From Picochlorum sp. SENEW3 (lineage: Eukaryota): a stretch of 64,000 nucleotides of DNA. The DNA lies in NCBI GenBank assembly GCA_034226945.1, contig CP120463.1:558001-622000 (forward strand). The letters are read 5' to 3'. A program made the position numbers and the translations under genes. Of the stretch, positions 56,447-64,000 are shown piece by piece. Below the pieces are notes generated by a model. That model did not search any database. It was not told the DNA's origin and saw only the letters and a program-made list of their open reading frames with translations. Every line of letters begins with the position of its first letter. Positions within the stretch are counted from its first letter, which is position 1.

Positions 56447-57018
56447 TCAAAACCTTCTAGAAACAAAACCCAACTTCTTCATCGCTTTTTCGTAGGTCGG
56501 AGGAACAAGTATTCCTTTAGATAATCTATTTAAGCGCTTTTTACTTTTATTAAACCTCTTGTGAACAAATCCTGGACTCATACAGCGAATTGCACCTGAC
56601 CCTGTCACCTTGAATCTCCTCTTCATAGAACTGCACAGGTGAAAAAAAAAAAAAGATGACATGTTGTCGTACAAATATACTCTTTGGTCTCATATATAGA
56701 TATACATATATAGCATGCTTGGACGCACGAATATGGTTTTGGTGGGCCTCCTGCATCAGAAGGACTCTTGAGCACAATGGGACTCCCTGTGGCACTAAAC
56801 TGCTGTGCCTGTTGCTTCTGAGACAGAATCTCCCTCGCCGCACGCGGCAACATACCACTCCGGGATTGTTCAATCACATTTTTACACCACTGAGAAGCAA
56901 TACGAAGCGTCGAAAATGACCGCACTGTCTCTTCGAGGGCACAAGCAGGCGAACAAGAGGGAAGAGAACAAGTTGCCACCACGCAACGGCGGCCTATCGA
57001 TGCCAGGTATCGAGACAT
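56447..57018 (-). CDS. Mitochondrial ribosomal protein bL35m; intron 56631..56728
   Basis: Spliced KPYS|SMKRRFKVTGSG...GFVHKRFNKSKK; Arg/Ser-rich presequence. Confidence 0.85.
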
Positions 57019-57273
57019 CGAATACCAAGATCTCAAGAATTTTTAAACAATGCAATGCAGGTGGCCGAATGGTTCTCTCTGATGGACATGGATGACCACC
57101 ATGTGTTGGATGGCGTTATCTCCCATCAACCATGGTGTTTGACCGACTACTTCCACATGATCATCCCAGTGCCCGTGGACACAGACATGCAGGAGACAAA
57201 ACCTGGTGCTGGGCGCTATGATCCGATCATATCTTTTGTTATTTATACATTGATATACAGTCAACTAATCACT

Positions 57274-58283
57274 ATGGGTACGTCGCTTTCACCCGCTATT
57301 CCTGTGGAAAGGACGACGTTGGAAAAGCCGCCTTGCGGCTGTTCTCAACACCGCCGGTTTTTAGGCAGGCGTCGACTTTCCTTGCGCACTATGCACTCAT
57401 AGTAGCATATGATTGAAAGATTTAAAATCTTAATGGGGTAAATGAGGTGAAGATGGGTCACTGACGTGACAATTTCCATGTGCAGGTATTTCCCGTGATT
57501 CCCTTCATAAACGCCGTGCTACTGGTGGTAAGCAGAATAAATGGAGAAAAAAGAGAAAGTATGTTTTCAGATGATCTTGTGTGTATGTTGAATCCGAGGA
57601 TGATGCAGAAGACGGTCTTTTGGGTTGCTGCCGCCGATTTGCTTCCTGCAGCGGCGTGGTAATCTGATACAGTGTATCCCGATTCATTGACATATTTGGC
57701 CCAAATAACTAACATTGATGCTATTATCGTGCGTAGGTATGAGCTCGGACGTGTCGCTGCCAACACAAAGTTGTCTTCTAATGTCTGTGTGAGAACTGTG
57801 CGTGTGCGTGGAGGAAACTCAAAGTTCCGTGCCCTTCGTCTCGACTCTGGAAACTTCTCTTGGGGATCTGAGGCTACTACCAGAAAGACCCGTATTTTGG
57901 ATGTCGTGTACAATGCTTCCAACAACGAGTTGGTCCGTACTCAGACGTTGGTGAAGAACGCCATTGTGCAAATAGATGCTGCTCCTTTCAAGCAATGGTA
58001 CAAGCAGCACTATGGTGTTGAAGTAGGTCTTAAGAAGAAGAGCGCTGCAGCTGCTGAGACTGAGGAAGAGAAGAAGAGCAACCATGTGAAGCGCAAGCTT
58101 AGACAGAGAAATCAGAACCGCAAGTTGGATCAGGCCCTTGATGATCAGTTCTCTATTGGTCGTCTGTATGCTTGCATCTCTAGTCGTCCAGGACAGTGTG
58201 GACGTGCAGATGGATATATCCTTGAAGGAAAGGAGTTGGAATTCTATGCAAAGAAGATGCAGAAGAAGAAGGGTGCCCACTAA
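57274..58283 (+). CDS. RPS8: 40S ribosomal protein eS8; introns 57278..57485 and 57559..57736
   Basis: Spliced [17 protein letters not shown]...[39 protein letters not shown]. Confidence 0.97.
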
Positions 58284-58324
58284 CATGGTCATAGGATATA
58301 GAAATTTATTGTAATCTAAGCAAT

Positions 58325-60173
58325 CTACTTGCCTGTTTTTCCTCTGGTTTTTAGCCGAATGACATCCTTCGCGGCTTCTTCAACCAAAGCTCCTTTAAGA
58401 GCTTGTGTGACTTCATCATTGGCATCGCCACGTTGGCGGAGCATGGCTGCTCTTTGGATTGCTGCTTTCCGCAGCTCCATCTCCTGCGGATCATTCTTCT
58501 TGGAATTCTTGTATTTGAATCCGCGTATTCCTGTATCAGGAATTGTGTCAAACCCAAGAGGAAGGTCAACCATGGTGTCTGCACATGTGAACCTGACTTT
58601 TCTCTTTTCAAACTGACCAAACTCTGCAAAGTGCTCAAACAGGGATTCGCGGGTATCAAAGCCAGCTCGGTCAAGATCGCCATGTTGCTCAGCATAATAC
58701 TGATGATCAAAACAGTTTGATCCTCGCGACAAGACATAGGCAATTCTGTATGAATTCCCAACTTGCAAAGGACATGTAAACTTGTGTGGCTTTGCTTGAA
58801 ACTGTCCAATCAATAGGAATTGCTCCCACAGTGCCATCTCATCGCTTCTAAACTTCTCCAGGTCAGGGTTATTCTGTAGCACAACAAAGTTAAACAAAAA
58901 ATGTATTCACCAAGGTAGTGGGCCTGAATGATCCAAGATTCATACAACATACCTCTAAATAATACTCAAAATCAAAGCACTCTGGCCCACGAGAGTTCAT
59001 CGTGACTAATTTTTCTTGCTTATACTGCCAGTGTTTTGAAATCCAAGCATTGTTTTGAATCTCTCGGACCGCCTTGCCCTGCCTCAAATGCATATCCAGC
59101 CACCTCTCATAACGGTCTGCTTGCTCTACAAAAGACCATTTCGCAGCAGCTGATTCTGACTTCACAGGGACAAAGACAACTTCATACGGATTCAAACTAA
59201 TCCCATCGTAATGCCATTCTAAATCTGGAGGCACACGCTGATTACACTGCCACGTGGCTGGTGAACTCCAATCAATCCCTTGGTACCTCGACATGAGCGA
59301 GTCAATCGTCCAACCAGATCTAAACATTGCCAGAGCAGCTCCAGCATCCGAGTGATACCTCGCATCCCACTTGTTTTTATGACATCGAAAGACCCCCTTC
59401 TGCCCCATGAGCCGCTCAAAGCCAGCTGCATCCGTTGCCCATGCATGTGATCTAATATACGGATTCCCTCGCCATTCACCTGCAGCATTACCATCTTTCG
59501 GAGCACCCTCACACGACAGAATCGATCCAACCATCTTGACCTTCCCCTGAAGCTTCCTCGTAAACACCTCTGTCCAGTGCATATTTGTCACATACGAAGG
59601 CATGAAAGGACCACGCACTTGCGAATCCAGAACAACAAAATACTCATATTCATGCACATTCAATACACGAATGACCGCATCAATAGCGCCCCACGTCGTC
59701 GTGCACAGCGACGTCCGCAAATACTGAGCATTACTGGGCAAAGAGGGCAGCCTCGGAAAGGCCTTCACAGAAGGCCCATCTGTCACGATAATCCGATACG
59801 TCGGCTGACTCTCTGTTATCCCATACCGTAAGAAGAATGCAAAGCTCCGTTCTTGCTCTTCATCCTCCGCATTATACACGTAGAGTACGAGAGTCTTTTC
59901 TACAAGCCCACGCTTCCCCTCCTGCGATACAGAATCCCCTCCATTCCCAAGGAATGGCATACTACCGCTGCTTCTATTACTACTACTTGGGTCGTTTTCT
60001 GAATCATTCTGATTCCACTTGTGTACATTCAGCCAAATAAGCAGAAAAACACCGACCAGTGTCAAACTCGCCATGACATTCGAAGACACATACGTCCCCT
60101 GTGCTTTCCCTCTCCTCCCTCTCGTCCCAAAATTATGCATAGAAGATTGACTAGAAGATGTAAACATACCCAT
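58325..60173 (-). CDS. Type II membrane putative glycosyltransferase (RgpF-like) with two C-terminal FDxxYY repeats; intron 58874..58952
   Basis: Single N-terminal TM, YEYFVVLDSQVRGPF, VKMVGS; spliced FDFEYYLE|NNPDL and FDHQYYAEQHGDL...FEHFAEFGQFEKR. The gene is solid; the function is tentative. Confidence 0.6.
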
Positions 60174-60502
60174 GATGAATCAATCGATTGGAGTCAGAAA
60201 TGACCATTGGCAACCACCAGGACAATTCATATGTACACGATCGTACCCTCCAGTACGATTCATCACCTCTCTTGGCTTTAATATGACATATATATTGATT
60301 CTAATAAAGATTCAGATGCCTTCATCCACGAGTACACATGAAACCAATCAACAATCGTCAACAGTTGATTGAATAGTATGTCCCCATCCAATGACCTCCT
60401 TGATGGGCAATGTATGTATCTCTAGATCAGTACCTTGTCTTCTTAAAAAAAGACCCATAGGGACGAGGCATACCGCAGATGTGTTGTAGCAAAATCGTAA
60501 TT

Positions 60503-60925
60503 ATGAAGACGATTGCATTTCTTGTGGTAGTAGCTGCCGTGATCGGCGGTGCTGTGGGTTCTTCTGCCTCAGCTGTCAAACATTTTAAATCTGCTTCAGA
60601 ATACGACGAAGCGACTGGTGATGGATCCAATGTGTATATAGTTAAATATTACGCTCCATGGTGTGGCCATTGCAAGAGGCTTGCGCCTGTATGGGAAGAT
60701 TTGGCTTCTGCCTTGAAAGAAGAAGAGAATGTGGTGATTGCCAGCGTGGATTGTACGAATAAGGGTTTGAGACCGATATGTGATAGGAATAATGTGAAAG
60801 GGTTCCCGACGATCAAGTCTGTGTTCGGTGGGGAGTCGCGGGAAATGTACAAGGGGACGAGAGTGTTGGATGCGTTGAAACGGTTTGCGTTGAATCAAAA
60901 GCTCTTGTGGTTTGCAGAATCCTAG
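60503..60925 (+). CDS. Single-domain protein disulfide isomerase-like thioredoxin
   Basis: Signal peptide, YAPWCGHCKRLAPVW, VDC, GFPTIK. Confidence 0.9.
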   Translation: MKTIAFLVVVAAVIGGAVGSSASAVKHFKSASEYDEATGDGSNVYIVKYYAPWCGHCKRLAPVWEDLASALKEEENVVIASVDCTNKGLRPICDRNNVKGFPTIKSVFGGESREMYKGTRVLDALKRFALNQKLLWFAES

Positions 60926-60945
60926 TTGGTTGCACTGATGAATTT

Positions 60946-62802
60946 TTATGTGGCATGTGAATGGCCGAATAAATTAGAAAAGATTCGGGACGCGTATTCT
61001 GGTACCTCTTCCTGCTCTGGAGTCATAAAGTTGACCAATTTTTCATGGATGTGGTATCTGATCTTTCTGCCCTTTGATGCCCTCCTGTCTACGATTTTGC
61101 GCTGCTTTGGTTCCTGTATAACGTTTTATCATAGCATGAGTTCTTTTTTATGTAAGTCGTGTACACATGATGCGATCATCACATACCTTGTGGAGGTTCT
61201 TGGTGAGGAGGTTGGTCGAGCCTTCCAAAAATTCAGAGAGCAGAGCTTGATAAAATTCGCCATCCTGATACGTATCGGGAACACCTATGAGTGTATTTGT
61301 ATGTTCTTCGTTCTCTTGTCCCGTCTCTTGGTGTGATTCGTCCTGCACATGGCACATTTGATGGGTTGAATATATATTCTGAGGCATAATAATCCAGGTC
61401 AGAGAGCCCTGTGCAGTGTAGTATAGAGTGCTGCCACACGATACCTGATTGGGCACAAATTTCCAATAAATTTCTATTTCGTAGGTGAAAGACCCTACAC
61501 CCCCTCCCTTTTTCTATTCTGCGTTCCTATTTGCATGGTATTGCAATCCAATCAATAGATATATGAACGTACCACAGTGGTTTTCATTCCATTATTATTC
61601 ACGGCTGGAGGATGGAGCTGGCAGAGTCCCTTGTACTGTGCCAAGGGCACTCTGGACCTCTCTGCAATACGCTCCGAATCCTTCATGACCAGTGCTACCT
61701 GCTTTGAAACAGTCTGATTCAAAACTTTGAGGCTTGATTTTGAGGCGGAGCCTCCGGAGAGCATTGTCTTTCTATGCCAACGATCCAATGATGTGTCCCT
61801 GAATGCAGCAATCTCCTTGTACCGCTCATCCAGTGCCTCCCAGACCTGTTCAATGGTACCCCCTGTTGCGTCTCTCTTTCTCTTTGAGCTCTGTATCGAT
61901 GTATTTTGTTCCACGAGGGCATCCAGAATGGCACACATATCATCAAGTGTCCGTTCTGCGTCAATGGATACAGCTCGCATTTCCTCTGCTAGAGATGGAT
62001 CTGCATCACCTATGAACGGGTGGACGTCTTGATTTGGCAATCTATGTGCGCCTTGCACTACTTTTTGAACCATAATGCGGGACTCCAAACTTGCATTCCA
62101 CAATCGTTTCTGGGCTTTGACACAGAGAGCCTTTCTATATTCTTTTGCCGCTCTATCTTTAAGTTCCTCTGCAACTTGAGCTTCTGCCTCTTCCACATCT
62201 TCTATTTCTTTCTCTAGCATATCGGCTTCATCATCTACATGGGCATGTCTCTCTGTGGAATAAAGAGGTGCTCCATCGTCTTCTTCTTCTTCTTCTTCTT
62301 CTTGCTCCTCCTCGCTGTCACTATCATCGTCTTCATGGCTGCTCTCATCATCAGAGATGGAATCAGAGGCATCGCCATTCACTCGCTCATCGTCACCGAA
62401 GAATGTCTTTCTGCTAGAGTGTTTCCCAATGTACAGCTCCTCATCTCCACCCAAATCTATATTGCTACGAAGGCGTCTCCCCTCTTTCCCTCTACATGTC
62501 ACACCAGAATAGGATCAGTATCATATCTCAAAAGGATCAGATACCAGTCAGGAATAGAAACATGAGCAACGCACCGAGACAAAAACCCTGTATCCACCTG
62601 ACCCAAAATCTCCTCATCCGAGTCCTCCAGCACTGCTCCCTCCTCCAAACCGTCCTGTTCAGGATCAATCTCTGCATACATACACATAACCATCGTCATC
62701 AGACGGCCATCGTTAATATTGCAGCGAGAAGAACCCACCTGACCGAGGTGCAGGCCTCGTCAGTTCTGCAATCTCTTCAGCAAAGCTCTTCTTCTTTGCC
62801 AT
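60946..62802 (-). CDS. AATF/BFR2 (TRAUB) ribosome biogenesis factor, multi-exon
   Basis: N-terminal MAKKKSFAEEIAEL, acidic tract, KAQKRLWNASLESRI, RDTSLDRWHRKT, DTYQDGEFYQALLSEFLE; last exon VDRRASKGRKIRYHIHEKLVNFM. Confidence 0.88.
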
Positions 62803-63316
62803 GCCTATCCAATTCTACGTTTATTGCATAAATCTTCAGAATGTATCAATTCTGCTCAATCTCAGCCTCTTTCGCGCTCCAAATAGCGATTAATTCAATG
62901 CACAGACATGCATGGGAATGGCACCAAATATGCTACGAATTCACGGCCACCACAATATCTTATAAAATTATACTCTTTTTAAGAAATGTAATTTTACATC
63001 CACATCCCTGGCCAGGTCGCCTCAGACATCAGTCGGGGCACCCAGGACTCTGTAAAAAGAAGTTTAAAAACCAACCCCCCCAAAAGCAAAGAAAACTGCT
63101 TACATTACTTCGAAATCTGAATACTTTCTCTCATATCAAGTATATACTGCGATGTGGTATAGAACATTAAATCACCGGCCTTTCTATTTATTCTCTTCAT
63201 TCATTGAGGTTACTGTACATGAACCCACACACGTGCACACCAAAGCATTCGCATACACAAGCAAGGTAGTATGCTGAGTACCAACAACAATCTGCCGTGT
63301 GCGTTGTATACAATAT

Positions 63317-63979
63317 TTAGTCTGTTCGTTGAGAGAACTGAATGCTCAAGTCACGTTCACCAAACATGAACCGGATCGGTTGAATCGTTTTCACAGCATT
63401 CATTTCGAATGTAGCAATCCATGTGCTAAGAGGCATAGTAGTCGTACCACACAAGTCAGTGGCATGCTTGAGTTTGGTTGGCTGCAACCCTGCGGCTTCA
63501 AGAGCTGCCTTGGCAAAGCGTTGGTCGAGTATGGGAATGGACTCTTGTTCGTCCCACAAGTCGATGACGTACTGTTGCTCACAATCCGGCCATAAAACCT
63601 CAACCTCGTGCTCGTGATTGTCAATAACCATTGGGATTGTATCACCTGGGGCCAGGGCATGCACATGTTCTACCACGTCATCCACAGTGACATACGAGCA
63701 TTGTAAGACGGCTGTGCTGTTGGACTTTTCTGCTTTAAAAGATTTTGTGCCATAACGCCAACAGGTTTCAATGTCGTGGCGCACAAATGTACCTTTTGGC
63801 ATCTGCTCAGTCAGTAGCTTTTCGCAGCTGTCTTTGAACAAGCCCATCTGATGCTCTATATACACATTCGACGCATGATTGCAGTACCAAAATTCCCGAG
63901 GATTTGGAATTTTCATCCAAAACTGGAATTTGACAGGGCGAGCAGTGTCACAAGCACCCAAAACAACTGGGTTTGACAT
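63317..63979 (-). CDS. Hypothetical protein, intronless, weak resemblance to non-LTR retroelement ORF1 (pre-C2HC/RRM-like) domain
   Basis: 220-aa ORF with ATG and stop; the segment AKAALEAAGLQPTKLKH...PLSTWIATF. No confident family assignment. Confidence 0.5.
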   Translation of the reverse strand: MSNPVVLGACDTARPVKFQFWMKIPNPREFWYCNHASNVYIEHQMGLFKDSCEKLLTEQMPKGTFVRHDIETCWRYGTKSFKAEKSNSTAVLQCSYVTVDDVVEHVHALAPGDTIPMVIDNHEHEVEVLWPDCEQQYVIDLWDEQESIPILDQRFAKAALEAAGLQPTKLKHATDLCGTTTMPLSTWIATFEMNAVKTIQPIRFMFGERDLSIQFSQRTD

Positions 63980-64000
63980 ATTCCTGGTTTCGGAAGGATC

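Noticed and set aside
57433..57457. Alternative RPS8 start codons near the first acceptor
   Set aside because: They give the wrong phase or an implausible 29-nt intron; ATG 57274 with a GTACGT donor fits.

Overview
Gene-dense eukaryotic nuclear DNA, about one gene per 2 kb, with short GT-AG introns (mostly 60-140 nt, donors GTACG/GTGCG/GTATG) and TGTAA poly(A) signals after many stop codons. It encodes plastid- and mitochondrion-targeted proteins. This points to a compact chlorophyte green alga; a Picochlorum-like trebouxiophyte is an inference from compactness and composition, not a proven identification. About 35 protein genes are supportable: cpFtsY (partial), a CDPK-like kinase, serine acetyltransferase, a Kelch protein, a TTL-family ligase, FTR1, MscS, MPBQ methyltransferase, stomatin, TM9SF, FKBP-MsrA, a PH-WW protein, beta-mannosidase, APC8, PAC3, a KH protein, NAD kinase, VPS29, a TBC RabGAP, a cathepsin, IleRS, pyruvate carboxylase, an SDR, SYLF, RPAP2, bL35m, eS8, a PDI-like protein, AATF and several unknowns. 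No rRNA, tRNA, CRISPR array or intact transposon was seen. The strongest leads are: (1) a single-ORF SPX-RING-CTD phosphatase-PHOSPHO phosphatase protein, a possible all-in-one phosphate sensor/effector, with a P1BS site and a 2.6 kb gene-free upstream region; (2) a candidate iron module of FTR1, a divergent [2Fe-2S] protein and an unknown acidic surface protein that share a promoter motif; (3) a TTL ligase with a signal peptide and a KSEL C-terminus; (4) a poly-His protein with a pogo/CENP-B-like HTH; (5) a SlyD-type FKBP-MsrA fusion; and (6) long, structured RPS8 introns. All family calls come from reading motifs by eye; no searches were run.
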